DNA of 32,000 nt from Saccharolobus solfataricus (GTDB lineage: Archaea; Thermoproteota; Thermoprotei_A; Sulfolobales; Sulfolobaceae): positions 990,001 through 1,022,000 of the forward strand of contig NZ_LT549890.1 of the NCBI RefSeq assembly GCF_900079115.1. The letters are read 5' to 3'. The notes under the pieces are model-generated. The model made no database searches, was not told the origin of the DNA, and saw only the letters and a program-made list of their open reading frames with translations. Position numbers and translations under genes: made by a program. Below, piece by piece: positions 1-11,600 of this stretch (position 1 is the stretch's first letter; each line of letters starts with the position of its first letter).

Positions 1-63
1 TCAAGTTGCGATAAAAATTATATTTACTCTTTCTTCTTGTTAGAAAGAAGTTTTAAAATAAAG

Positions 64-71
64 TTTATAAA
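64..71 (+). promoter_or_regulatory. TATA-like box (TTTATAAA) upstream of hdrB1
   Basis: TTTATAAA lies about 30 nt upstream of the ATG at 101. GGTGG (95-99) sits between it and the ATG, so a short SD-containing leader is possible. Transcription could also enter from an upstream hdrC1 outside the window. Confidence 0.35.
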
Positions 72-100
72 TGTGAAATAACTAATATTAATAAGGTGGA

Positions 101-1414
101 ATGTTGAGTCAAGATGAGAAACAAATACAAAGGGAAGTTCGAGAAGCCTTCCCAATGTCAGATGATGTTGACTGGAATGAGGTTTATCAGAGAATAATTT
201 ATAGGTATAGCACACCTCATGGACTAGAACATGTTAAAGAGGAAATGTATAAATTAGAAGATAAGGGCGAAATTATAATACACCATATTAAGCCCTACAA
301 TAACCCAGTAGAAGCCCAAACACTAAACGGATCTCCAAAGAAAATACCCACAACAAAATTATGGCATCATAAGAGTTGTGGACAGTGTGGCCACATACCC
401 GGTTATCCAACCTCTGTTTTCTGGGTAATGAATAAGTTAGAAATAGATTACCTAGATGAACCGCATCAAACATCGTGTACTGGATGGAATTATCACGCGT
501 CTGGTGCCTCCAACCCCGTAGCCTTGGCAGGAGTATATGTAAGGAACATGTGGAGAGCTTATGAAACGGGTTACTTCCCATTAATACATTGCGGAACATC
601 ATTTGGTCATTATAAAGAAGTTAGAAACATGATAATATTACACAAAGAGATAAGAGACAAACTTAGACCAATCATGAGAAAACTGGATATGGACATTGTA
701 ATACCAGAAGAGGTAGTTCATTATTCTGAATGGTTATATGTAATGAGCAAGAAAGCTGCACAGCAGAAGAAATACAATCTAGATAATATTAAGGCAGCTG
801 TACATACTCCTTGTCATGTTTATAAGTTAGTTCCAGAGGATACTGTTTACGATCCCGAAGTATTCCAAGGTAGAAGACCAGCAGCCCCATCTGGAACTGT
901 ACAGAATTTCGGCGCTAAACTAGTGGATTACTCAACCTGGTGGGATTGCTGTGGATTCGGATTTAGACATATCCTAACAGAGAGGGAATTCAGTAGAAGT
1001 TTCGCACTATTTAAGAAGGTTATACCAGCAGTTGAGGAAGGGAATGCTGATATCTTTGTAACCTCAGATACTGGGTGTGTTACTACTTTAGATAAGAGTC
1101 AGTGGGCTGGAAAGGCTCATGGTTTCAATTATAACTTACCAGTATTAGCTGATGCGCAATTTGCAGCTTTAGCAATGGGCGCTGATCCATATATAATTGC
1201 TCAAATTCACTGGCACGCGACAGATGTAGAAGGTTTCTTAAGAAAGATAGGTGTTCCGGTTGATGATTATAAAGAGAAGTTCGTACAATATCTACAAGAT
1301 CTAAGAGAAGGTAAGACGGAACCACAATACTTATATCCAAAGCATAGAAAGATTGACTTCTACTTATCACTTCCAGATAGAGTAAAATGGTACAAGAAGG
1401 AGGTTCCAAAGTAA
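101..1414 (+). CDS. hdrB: Heterodisulfide reductase subunit B-like protein, long HdrB1 type (sulfur-oxidation sHdr-like complex)
   Basis: 437-aa ORF with Cys motifs HKSCGQCGH, TSCTGWNYH and WWDCCGFGF (CCG-domain signature). It heads a B-A-hyp-C-B gene order. Confidence 0.85.
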   Translation: MLSQDEKQIQREVREAFPMSDDVDWNEVYQRIIYRYSTPHGLEHVKEEMYKLEDKGEIIIHHIKPYNNPVEAQTLNGSPKKIPTTKLWHHKSCGQCGHIPGYPTSVFWVMNKLEIDYLDEPHQTSCTGWNYHASGASNPVALAGVYVRNMWRAYETGYFPLIHCGTSFGHYKEVRNMIILHKEIRDKLRPIMRKLDMDIVIPEEVVHYSEWLYVMSKKAAQQKKYNLDNIKAAVHTPCHVYKLVPEDTVYDPEVFQGRRPAAPSGTVQNFGAKLVDYSTWWDCCGFGFRHILTEREFSRSFALFKKVIPAVEEGNADIFVTSDTGCVTTLDKSQWAGKAHGFNYNLPVLADAQFAALAMGADPYIIAQIHWHATDVEGFLRKIGVPVDDYKEKFVQYLQDLREGKTEPQYLYPKHRKIDFYLSLPDRVKWYKKEVPK

Positions 1415-1471
1415 ATACAGTAAAAGCAAAGTTTTTTAAATTAAATTTACTTAATAAAAGGTGGTGATTAA

Positions 1472-2578
1472 GTGGCAAGTAAATCAGTCTTGGTTATAGG
1501 TGCTGGGCCAGCGGGTCTCTCAGCTACTAAGGAACTAGCGAATATGGGAGTTAATGTTGTAGTTGTTGAGAGAGAACCGTTCTTAGGTGGTACGCCCAAG
1601 AGGTTAAAGTATAGTTTATTATTCCCCGAGCTAAGACCAGCTTCTGAGGTTATCGATCCATTAGTAAAAACTGTCCAAGAGAACGGTAATGTTAAGATTT
1701 ACACGGAAAGCATAGTTGATGCTGCTAAAAACACCTCTGACGGCTTTGAAATAAGTATTAAAGATAAGAATGGCAAAGTAAAGGTGGAGAAAGCTAATGC
1801 AATAATTGCAGCTTCTGGTTTTGAGCACTTCGATTCTAGAAGGAAGTATGAATACGGTTATGGTATAATTCCCAACATATACCAAATATCTGACATAGAG
1901 GGTATGCTTCACGAGAATAAGCTAGTTACCACAAAGGGAACTCCGCCTAAGAGGGTTGCAATATTATTATGTGTAGGTTCTAGAGACGCTACTGTAGGAA
2001 ATACTTATTGCTCAAGAGTATGTTGTGCTGTGTCAATAAAGCAAGCTATGGAGATCAAACAGAGGATTCCAGATGCGGTAGTTCACATCTACTACATGGA
2101 TATAAGAACTTATGGTCTAATGGAGGACAAATTATACTGGAAATCGCAACTAGATTACAGGGTTGGTTATATTAGAGGTAGAATTTCAGAGTTCATGAGA
2201 GGTCCTAACGACACTGTCATAATAAAGGGAGAAGATACGATGAACTTGAATAGGGCGCTGACTGTGCCTTATGACATGGTAATATTGGCTAATGGAATGG
2301 AGCTTGGATTGGGTTCAAAACAAGTGGCTAAGATATTGGGATTGGAGTTTGAAGAGCATGGTTTCGTTAAGCCGTTAGATCCAGATAGATTACCAGTCCA
2401 ATCAACTAAGAAAGGAATATTCTTAGCTGGTGCAATAACTGGGCCTAAGACTATTTCAGATTCCATAACTGAGGGATATGCAGCAGCAATGAAAGCTTAT
2501 GAATATATCACGCATGGAATATGGGAAGAGTCGGATTTCGCAAAGAAAACTGCGGAGATGAAGGTGGTACATCATTAA
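1472..2578 (+). CDS. hdrA: Heterodisulfide reductase subunit A-like flavoprotein (sHdr HdrA)
   Basis: GTG start preceded by GGTGAT (1463-1468). N-terminal dinucleotide fold VIGAGPAGLSAT. HdrA-type Fe-S motif CVGSRDATVGNTYCSRVCC. Confidence 0.9.
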   Translation: MASKSVLVIGAGPAGLSATKELANMGVNVVVVEREPFLGGTPKRLKYSLLFPELRPASEVIDPLVKTVQENGNVKIYTESIVDAAKNTSDGFEISIKDKNGKVKVEKANAIIAASGFEHFDSRRKYEYGYGIIPNIYQISDIEGMLHENKLVTTKGTPPKRVAILLCVGSRDATVGNTYCSRVCCAVSIKQAMEIKQRIPDAVVHIYYMDIRTYGLMEDKLYWKSQLDYRVGYIRGRISEFMRGPNDTVIIKGEDTMNLNRALTVPYDMVILANGMELGLGSKQVAKILGLEFEEHGFVKPLDPDRLPVQSTKKGIFLAGAITGPKTISDSITEGYAAAMKAYEYITHGIWEESDFAKKTAEMKVVHH

Positions 2579-2693
2579 CATTTTTTTAAACATTGATTAC
2601 GTAAGGGATATTTTTAACGCGATATTAGCTAAAGATGCAAATAATACTGCTAAGAGCAATCCTAAGGAATCATTATCAATAATAATTAAAGCA

Positions 2694-3291
2694 ATGCAGA
2701 TGAAGACTGATTTCCTTAATTCTTTAGAGATTAATACTGAGGAAGACGTAAAGAAGTTATTTGACGTAATATTTTATGCTAAGAAACATTATAGTGAAAT
2801 TATAGGTAATAATGGGATTGATAAGGTTAAGCTAGCTTTCAAAACCCTTAAAAACAAGGATTTACCTTATGATGAGAGAGTTAAAGCTTTTACTTCACTT
2901 AAGGCTAGTGAACCAGAAGATATTGAGGACATGGCTAAGGAAATAATTCACTTCCTAGAACCTGAAAAATATCCGTTATGGACTAGATGGGTCTGGAACC
3001 CCAGTAAGAACTCTGGTTCAATCACTTATGTGTTAAAGGATGGAGTAGTGTTGAAGAATGAAAAGGAGTATTTTGACGCGGTTTCTGAGCTGAGGGAAGT
3101 TCTTTCAATCTTTGGATTAGACTCACCTAATTATTATTATACTTCAATTTTTTTAGTATACTCTTACGTTAGATATGTAGATTATGCTACTCTGCTGGCT
3201 GTAGATAGGAAGGGAGGTGGGCTTTATCCATCTCACCTTTCTACTACAGCCATGGTTTTAGGTCTAAAGTCTTTCCTTAGGGTGATCCAAC

Positions 3292-3305
<14 letters not shown>
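2694..3305 (+). CDS. Hypothetical protein in the conserved 'hyp' slot between hdrA and hdrC2
   Basis: 203-aa ORF with no motif I recognise. Its position matches the hyp gene of sHdr loci. The frame stays open for 132 nt upstream of the ATG (see findings). Confidence 0.6.
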
Positions 3306-3980
<675 letters not shown>

Positions 3981-3984
<4 letters not shown>

Positions 3985-4898
3985 CATTACCTACACCTTA
4001 TGGTAAAGTAGCATTTTATCCAGGCTGTGCTTTAGATGGATTAGGTAAATCTTATGACGTCTCATTAAAACTAGTTGCACAAGATCTAGGTATCCCGTTG
4101 GAGAAAATCGAGGACTATAACTGTTGTGGCGCATTAGAAGTAAAGAACGTAAATACTATGGCAGGAGTGTTATTACCAGCAAGGAACTTGGCATTAGCTA
4201 GGGAAATGGGGGCCGATGCGGTAGTTTCAGCTTGTCCTGGTTGTCACTATTCCTTATCTAGAACTCAATATTATCTGACTAAATACCCCAAATTAAGAGA
4301 AAAGACTAATATGTATTTAGAAAAAATGGGTACTAAGAATTATGATCTAAAGTTAATGCTAGTTCACGCTGTTGAATATATTTACAATACTGTAGGGATT
4401 GAGGCTATTAAAACTAAGGTAAGAAGACCGCTCACTGGGTTAAAAGTAGCACCATATTATGGATGCCTATACGTTAGGCCTAAATCATATACACTAGCTG
4501 GATATATGAAAATGAGGGATGACCCAGAGAGGCCATTCTTTATGGACGAGATACTGAAGGCCTTAGGTGCAGAAGTGGTACCATTTGAGGCTAAGACGAT
4601 GTGTTGTGGTGGTCCTCATGTATACTCTGATGTAGAAGTAGCCTTACACTTAGAGGCTAGAATATTAAAGGAGGCTAAAAGAAATGGTGCGGAGATATTA
4701 GTCACAGATTGTCCTCTAGGTCACGTGGCTATTGAAACTAACATGGAGAAAATAGCTCAAAAGTATGGCGAAGATCTAAGGACGCCATTAGCTTACTTCT
4801 CGCAACTGGTGGCCTTCGCCTTTGGCCATAGCCCAGAAGAGACTTTGCTTACGGCAAATATTACTAATCCAATGTCAATACTCAAAAGATATTTGTAA
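3981..4898 (+). CDS. hdrB: Heterodisulfide reductase subunit B-like protein (sHdr HdrB2), two CCG domains
   Basis: Motifs YNCCGALE...CPGCH and TMCCGGP...DCPLGH. ATGA start/stop overlap with hdrC2. GGAGGAGGTGG lies upstream. Confidence 0.9.
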
Positions 4899-4919
4899 AC
4901 CTTTTTCCATTTATTATAT

Positions 4920-5582
4920 ATGTCTTTTTTATTCATAGATTTTAACACGCATTACGGTATAAGACTTTATAATTACACGGAAGAGCCTAAGCTTACAGAA
5001 GATGAAATAGAGATAAAGCGAATTTTACTAAATCCGATTTATAAGTACTCATGCGACTGCTGTGTAGATGGTTTTTATCAGCAATATCTTTGGGGAAGGA
5101 AAGATTATACACTAAAGCTTGGTATATATAATCCGAGATGCAGAGTTCCTCCTCAGGTGGAGCTCATTAGACAAGTGGATAGGGGTATAATTGGTGTAGT
5201 TCTAAGCCCTAAACATCACAACTTTTCATTACTTCATTCATCGCTTAACTTCGTGTATGAACTAATAGATAAGAGGGGATTAATTCTGGTACTATATGAT
5301 CCTTCTTTAGACGAACTAAGATGGTTATTGGATAAATATACTTTTCCCGTTGTACTCATTAATAGTGAACACGTTGTTGACAACGAGAGAGTCTATTATG
5401 TAGTGAATCATTCTTCGAAAATTATCGATCCAAGAAGAAGTATTTATGGTAGTGATGCTCCGTATAATTCTCTTAATTTAATTCAAAGTGCAAAACTCTT
5501 TATAAAAAACCACGGCTATAATGAGGATGTTGCATATAAAAACGCAATAGAACTATTGAACCATGTTAATGCTAATTTTTAA
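4920..5582 (+). CDS. Amidohydrolase-2-like (TIM-barrel metallohydrolase-like) protein with a degenerate N-terminal metal motif
   Basis: 220-aa ORF 21 nt after hdrB2. The N-terminus FIDFNTHYG resembles the IDxHxH strand-1 motif but reads N-x-H. The C-terminal IYGSDAPY resembles the strand-8 GSDxP Asp motif. There is no other Met in the ORF, so 4920 is the only ATG start. Confidence 0.45.
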   Translation: MSFLFIDFNTHYGIRLYNYTEEPKLTEDEIEIKRILLNPIYKYSCDCCVDGFYQQYLWGRKDYTLKLGIYNPRCRVPPQVELIRQVDRGIIGVVLSPKHHNFSLLHSSLNFVYELIDKRGLILVLYDPSLDELRWLLDKYTFPVVLINSEHVVDNERVYYVVNHSSKIIDPRRSIYGSDAPYNSLNLIQSAKLFIKNHGYNEDVAYKNAIELLNHVNANF

Positions 5583-5633
5583 TAAGACCAACATTAAAGG
5601 TTTTTATGATAATTCTCCTAACTTATTATTGAA

Positions 5634-6149
5634 ATGTGCGAGTTTAAAGTAGTTACTATTGAAAGACCCATAAGAGAAGATAATAATACTGTCTTAATTG
5701 ACTATTATGATTTTGTTAAAATAAGTGATACTAAAATAATGAACGTCCTTGTCAAAGATTCAAGGGAAAATTACAGTAAAAGCTATTATTATTACATAAG
5801 AGATTATCTCAATAAGTTAAGAATACTTAAGGAGAACATGATTAACGTCAAGCTAGTATTTCCTTTTGAAAAGGCTAATGGTTCGTTAAACCTTAAGAAA
5901 GGGATAATTTACGTAACTAACGACAAGCAATTAGTTTACATGAACCTACATTCAAATGTATACGCTAATTGTGAAAATTGCATTGCGAAACCCTTCTGTA
6001 CTTACTATTTAGCCAAAATCATTGGGGAAAATAGGTTAAAGATTGGTGTAAATAAGGGCAATCCTGGAGAAAGTTGGGATAAGGCTCTATCCTCTTTACA
6101 ATCTAAGTATGTAAAGACTAAAGTAATTGAACTCCCTCCTTCTGATTAG
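5634..6149 (+). CDS. Hypothetical protein (171 aa) with a CxxCx5C motif
   Basis: Long ORF on the same strand as the hdr genes. A TATA-like GGTTTTTATGAT lies about 25-30 nt upstream (leaderless geometry). CENCIAKPFC is the only motif. No family recognised. Confidence 0.5.
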   Translation: MCEFKVVTIERPIREDNNTVLIDYYDFVKISDTKIMNVLVKDSRENYSKSYYYYIRDYLNKLRILKENMINVKLVFPFEKANGSLNLKKGIIYVTNDKQLVYMNLHSNVYANCENCIAKPFCTYYLAKIIGENRLKIGVNKGNPGESWDKALSSLQSKYVKTKVIELPPSD

Positions 6150-6274
6150 GGCAGAAAGTTTAATAGACGTTAATTGATATCTCAGTAATAGTGATGAGCC
6201 CAGCTCACTAGATTGGATGAAGAAGGGTACGAACGCTGAGAAAAGTTTAAGTCGTTTGTTTCCATAGTCCACAT

Positions 6275-7450
6275 ATGAATCCGATAATTCTAGCACTTTT
6301 TGATGTGTCAATTTTCATCTTGTTAGCAGAAATTTTAAGCTCCCTTGTACAGAAATACGGTTTACCTAAGCTTATAGGTGAATTATTAGCTGGAATGATA
6401 ATAGGCCCTTACGCCTTAGGTTCTTTATTAAATCAGTTGCTGGGCTTCCCCCTAATAGGCATAAATAGTTATATCGAATTTTTAGCTGAGTTTTCCGTAA
6501 TTCTATTGATATTCGCCTCTGGTTTAGAACATGGAATTGCACCAATAAAGTCTTCTGGCATTCTAGGATTCCTAGGAGCAACGTTTGGTGCATTATTACC
6601 CTTTTTCGCAGCATATTACTTCTATATCTCAAGTTTTGGTTTAGATTCTGCTTTGATACTCGGTACCGCGATGGGGGCTACTAGTCTTGCAGCTGTAGCG
6701 TCTATAATTGAAGAAGGGAAATTGAAAGGTAAGGGTATAAACTTTATGGTCTCCTCTGCTGCAGCAGACGATGTAGTGGATTTACTTTTATTATCGGTTG
6801 TTATAGCTATTTTACAAGGTGAGTCTACAAGCGTTACCTCTATCAGTTTGAAAATAATCGCACTTGTAGTCATATGGGTAGTCATTTTAGTAGTTTCAAT
6901 TATCTTAATTCCGAAAATAACTGATAGGATAAGCGATAAGTACATAGAAGAGTTCCCATTAGCAGTACTATTTGGTTTGACGCTATTAATGGTGTCACTG
7001 GGTTACTCCCCAATAATTTCGGCGTTCGTTGCGGGCGTTGCATTTGCAAATAGTGTAAAGAACAGCAAAATAAAGGAAATAAGTAGTACGTTACTTAGTG
7101 TTTTCGGCCCATTATTTTTCGTGTACATAGGTGCCGAAGTCAACTTTCTAACGCTTAATCTTAATACTGTAATATTATCCTTAGAACTAACTGCAATTGC
7201 CACAATTTTCAAATGGTTAGGGATATTCCCGTTTGCTCTAGCTTATTTAAGGAATGCAAAAGCAGCGAATACGGTAGCGTTAGGAATGGTACCTAGAGGT
7301 GAAACTGGATTAGTTATTGCTTCCTTAGGCCTTTCATATAACGCACTAAACCAAGAGGAATTTGAGGGTATAGTTTTCATGTCAATATTTACCACATTGA
7401 TAGGTAGTGCGTTGTTTAAAATCTACGCTAAGAAGCATTTGGTCTCATGA
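6275..7450 (+). CDS. Cation:proton antiporter, CPA2 / Kef-type Na+(K+)/H+ exchanger family
   Basis: 391-aa polytopic protein. The N-terminal LLAEILSSLVQKYGLPKLIGELLAGMIIGP is typical of the Na_H_exchanger family. AAAGTTTAAG (6242-6251) is centred about 26 nt upstream of the ATG. Confidence 0.85.
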   Translation: MNPIILALFDVSIFILLAEILSSLVQKYGLPKLIGELLAGMIIGPYALGSLLNQLLGFPLIGINSYIEFLAEFSVILLIFASGLEHGIAPIKSSGILGFLGATFGALLPFFAAYYFYISSFGLDSALILGTAMGATSLAAVASIIEEGKLKGKGINFMVSSAAADDVVDLLLLSVVIAILQGESTSVTSISLKIIALVVIWVVILVVSIILIPKITDRISDKYIEEFPLAVLFGLTLLMVSLGYSPIISAFVAGVAFANSVKNSKIKEISSTLLSVFGPLFFVYIGAEVNFLTLNLNTVILSLELTAIATIFKWLGIFPFALAYLRNAKAANTVALGMVPRGETGLVIASLGLSYNALNQEEFEGIVFMSIFTTLIGSALFKIYAKKHLVS

Positions 7451-8579
7451 TCAAGTTTAAGATTAGTGCAAAGGAGATTAACGAAGTTATAGCGGCGAAT
7501 AGATACGCATATGTATAGCTTATTTGATATAAGAACCCCATTATTACATTACCAAGAAATATCCCAATACTTCTACCTGCTGATAAGTAGCCCATACTTG
7601 TACTAAATGCTTCTTCTTTAGTTATCTTCGATATTATGGTAGGTTCAAAAGTCTCAGTTGAGGCGACACTAGTTCCCATTAAGAAAGAGAGAGGATAAAG
7701 GGAAAACACTCCAAAACTCGATAAATACGCAAACCCCAGAGATCCTAGTGCTCCAATTAAATATCCTAGAAATGCTAAACTTTCAAATTCTTTCATTCTT
7801 ATTCTACCAAATAGGTACCCAAATAAAGAGGAAGCGCCAAGAAATATGCCATAAGATAATACTCCCAAATACTCCTTTCCAGTAATCTCTGTTGTAGTTA
7901 GAATAGGAAATCCAAAGCTGTACTGACTAAATCCGAAGAACATTGTAGATAATATAAGAGTCCAGAAGACCCTTTTTTGGGTTATTTTACTTTCTGCTTC
8001 TTTTCTCTTCGCTTTCTCACTTTTCTTCCCAGCATTTACCATGGTTAAAACAATTGTTGACATAAGCAAAGGTATTGAGGTGAATAAAAGAACAAAAAAG
8101 ATGGAAACGCGAAGGTAAAGTAATACAGTTAGATAAATTATTGCTATTAACGCACCAGCGATGTCTAAAGAATGCAAAATTCCAAATGCCTCAGATCTCT
8201 CTTCCGGTGATGTGACTTCAGCCATCATCGCCCTTCTTGGTGGTGATCTAAAGTTCCTAAACCACCACCCTATCATGAAGAATATGAGGGCTTGAATGTA
8301 ATCCCTAGATAGTCCTATTAGGGAAGTAAATAGAATAAGAACATTTCCAAGAATAGCAATCCTTTTTCTCCCAAACCTATCCCCAGCTAAACCTCCAGCA
8401 TAAGCCATAACAGTACCAATCCCGTAATTTAATGCCTCAGCAAAACCATAAAGGGGAATTGGAGCTTTAAAGATCAATACGAAAATTATTGGAAAAGAGG
8501 CTACTACAGCCTGGTATCCAAGATCAGCGAAAAAGGCTGAAAAGGAGATTTTCAAGACTTCGTTTCTGTTTTTAAGCAT
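7428..8579 (-). CDS. MFS transporter
   Basis: 383-aa polytopic protein with the loop 2-3 motif GGLAGDRFGRKR. Its 3' end overlaps the antiporter 3' end by 23 nt (convergent). Confidence 0.8.
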   Translation of the reverse strand: MLKNRNEVLKISFSAFFADLGYQAVVASFPIIFVLIFKAPIPLYGFAEALNYGIGTVMAYAGGLAGDRFGRKRIAILGNVLILFTSLIGLSRDYIQALIFFMIGWWFRNFRSPPRRAMMAEVTSPEERSEAFGILHSLDIAGALIAIIYLTVLLYLRVSIFFVLLFTSIPLLMSTIVLTMVNAGKKSEKAKRKEAESKITQKRVFWTLILSTMFFGFSQYSFGFPILTTTEITGKEYLGVLSYGIFLGASSLFGYLFGRIRMKEFESLAFLGYLIGALGSLGFAYLSSFGVFSLYPLSFLMGTSVASTETFEPTIISKITKEEAFSTSMGYLSAGRSIGIFLGNVIMGFLYQISYTYAYLFAAITSLISFALILNLIMRPNAS

Positions 8580-8625
8580 ACTAAAAATAAGGAGGAAAAA
8601 TAGTAATAAAAATAATGATTATATC

Positions 8626-11600
8626 TTACCTTCTCCTTCTTACTAGAGCCAATATTGCCAGAACTATTGCTATAATACCGATCGCTAAAGATATACTCTG
8701 ATATTCTAATGATGCAGTCCTTAAAGAAGATATAGAAGATGATAAACTATTACTTACATTAGTTAATTGGTTAGATATTACATTCACCTTAGTATTTAGA
8801 TTAGTTAGACCGTTTTCAAAATACAGATAACTACTATTACTACTACTTAAACCATCACTTTGAATTGCTGTTACTGTTAAATTATACCCACCATCTGGAT
8901 AATTTTGAGTATTTATAGTTACTATATGGGTCCCATTTGTTGTAAATGAATTTATCAAGTTACCATTCAAGTATACGTTAATCCTACTTACATCTTCACC
9001 AATTACATTGACGGTAACATTAACTGTTCCAGTTACGTTCTTAGAAGGTAAGTTTATCGAAATACTTGGTAATTCAGGGTATAAACCTTGGATATGAATG
9101 TTTATTGGAACTACTTTAGAGTTAACTACGTTTAATCCATTTATACTTCCACCTATGGCGTACAGAGTTGAATTGTATAATGTAATGTTATTCGCATTAC
9201 TCTGCATTATCAACACAGTGGAATTTCTAATTACTATATTAGATATGTTCCCATTCAATATTTTTACATTGCTGTTAACGATAATAACGTTAGTAAGGAA
9301 GTCATTTAATAGATTGCCACTTACATTCAATATCTTCACGTTAACTAAACTTGCATATGATGGTAACGTCTTATCTAAGGTTTGATTTGTAAATAAGGTA
9401 TATGGCAATACGTTGATTGTATAAGCATTACCAGAATTGGTAGTGGTTGGATTACCTAAGGCTGAAATTCCGGTTATTAAGACCTTGAATGGCACTCCGA
9501 AATATCCTTGTCCAGCTAAATAAGTTAGATTTCCTGCACTAATTGCTGAAGGCAGTGTGAAATTCCCTTCCCATTCTCCTATCTTAGGATTATACCACAG
9601 CGGTATCTCTATTATTGAACTTATCGTAGTATAATTAAATGAGAGGCTCGAGGGGTACACGGTAGCACTAAACATTCCGAACTTAATTTCATTAGTACCA
9701 TTTGTTATATTAGCGTAAATGAAAACAGTTTGTCCCTCAAATGCATAGTTAACTGACTTCACTGAGATCGTGGCTTGATTAGAAACGTATATTTGACCGT
9801 AGTAGAATCCTCGAATTGTAGTGTTCAAAGTATAAGAGTAATAGGTTGCAAATAGTAGAACATTATAAAGCCCAGAGGGAGTATTTTTAGGTATGTACAA
9901 ATATCCGAAGTAGATTCCATTTGGTGATAATGGTATATTAGCCTCATTTATTACGACACCATTACTACTTACCAATTTAGCAGTAATGTTAGTACCTTGT
10001 AATGCATCTTGGAATGTAGTACTGGGTAAGTTAACTGGCGGTATAATTGATCCCTCTATTGTAATGTGTTGCCCAGGGGAAACACTGCCCGGTTCAACTA
10101 CCACTTGTGGCAATATGAATAAGGTTTGCATGTATACTCCATTGGTAAATGCGTCAAATCCATAGGCATTACCTTCAGCTATAATCAATAGATCTCCTAT
10201 GCTTAAGTCTGGTGGCAAATCGATAACTCCTACTCCATTCTTAATAGGTACACTTAACGTCGTTACAAACGTGTATGCGTTTGTTGTTATGTTATAGGAG
10301 TAAATATTAAGGGTAATATTCATTACTCCAATTGGCGCCTGGAAATATGAGTTAGATAAGGTAATTCCCAGTTCAGCATTACCCAACTCTACATAAACTG
10401 GTGTAAAAGTCGTCGTATAATTGAATGTTATGTAGTATCCAGAGAAGGTCTCATAGTACCCAATTCCTCTTAATCCATCACTACTTCCATAAACGTAGAC
10501 AAATAAGATACCACTAGCTTTATTGGATAAAACACCACTACCAGTCCATAATTTAGTAAGTGAATTATATGTCAGATTAAACGTAGTTAAGTTCCCAAGA
10601 TAGTTCTCTATTAATGCCTTGAATTCGCCAGTTTGTACTGGACTTCCGTTAGGATATGTTATATTAGCAGTGACTAGAATACGTTGTCCAGGATAGAATT
10701 GTTGAGGAGATACTGTGGGTATTGATGTATTGTAAACGCTAACTATCACATTTAGCTCTTTTGATAAATTAAGTGTGGGTAGTATTTTTTCAAAATATCC
10801 TGCGTTAATTGTACCGTAGCCTGTTACCAAGTTATAGCCATAAGTTGCAACCCACGGTATGTTATAACCAAACGTTATTGGCTCTATTACCTTACCGTAG
10901 TAATTCTCAGCCATGTAAGTTAGTATAGGATTAAGTAAACCTATTCTATGATGAGTATAGCTTTCAATTGTGGCTAGCACTCCAGCAGTTAAAGGAGAAG
11001 CCTCACTTGTGCCACCTGTTATCCCGGTTGTGTTACTTGGTAAAACGATGTATATTCCAGGATATACATTGGCGTTAGCGGAGATCTCTGGTATTAACTT
11101 ACCGTTTGGATAAGTAGATGGTGTAGGTAGTCCCCATTGATACCACGGTTTAGGCTCTATTATACTTACACCACCAGTTGAACCACCATAATTTACATTA
11201 TTTGGAACGAAACCATAGTTGGACCAAGCAGTCTGATAATACGAACCGTTAGGGAATTGCACATATACAGTCGTACCTCCCACTGAAGTTACGAAAGGTG
11301 ACGTTGAGGGATACCCTACAGTGCCTATTGGTCCATTACTATACCCAGAGCCTCCAGCATCTCCAGAACTTGCTAGGAAAGTTATTCCCTCAGCTGAACC
11401 TAGTGCATAGTACTCATCACTTAATATTATACATGAATAGAATAATGGCCCGTTGAAAAGTGAGGAAAAGAGACTTTCTGGTATGCTAAAGCTTTGGGAT
11501 AACGTATCAACTTTATTTTGACTTGTAATATATGCGATAATAGCGGGTAAAGGAATATTTGGATTAGCGATATATAGCGTTATGTTAGCCTTTGGAGCTA

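Noticed and set aside
2559-2578. Programmed frameshift fusing hdrA to the downstream open frame
   Set aside because: There is no slippery heptamer or downstream structure. HdrA ends at a normal length with a clean TAA. A non-canonical start or a decayed N-terminus are simpler explanations (kept as a low-interest finding).
6096-6311. 71-aa minus-strand ORF spanning the 5634-6149 / 6275-7450 intergenic region
   Set aside because: It overlaps the ends of two well-supported plus-strand genes and the antiporter promoter, and has no motif or start context.
7428-7450. Convergent 3'-end overlaps (7428-7450 antiporter/MFS; 27253-27267 ATPase/ACAD-like; zero-gap 17880/17881)
   Set aside because: These are common in compact archaeal genomes. 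Nothing in the sequence suggests a specific antisense regulatory role.
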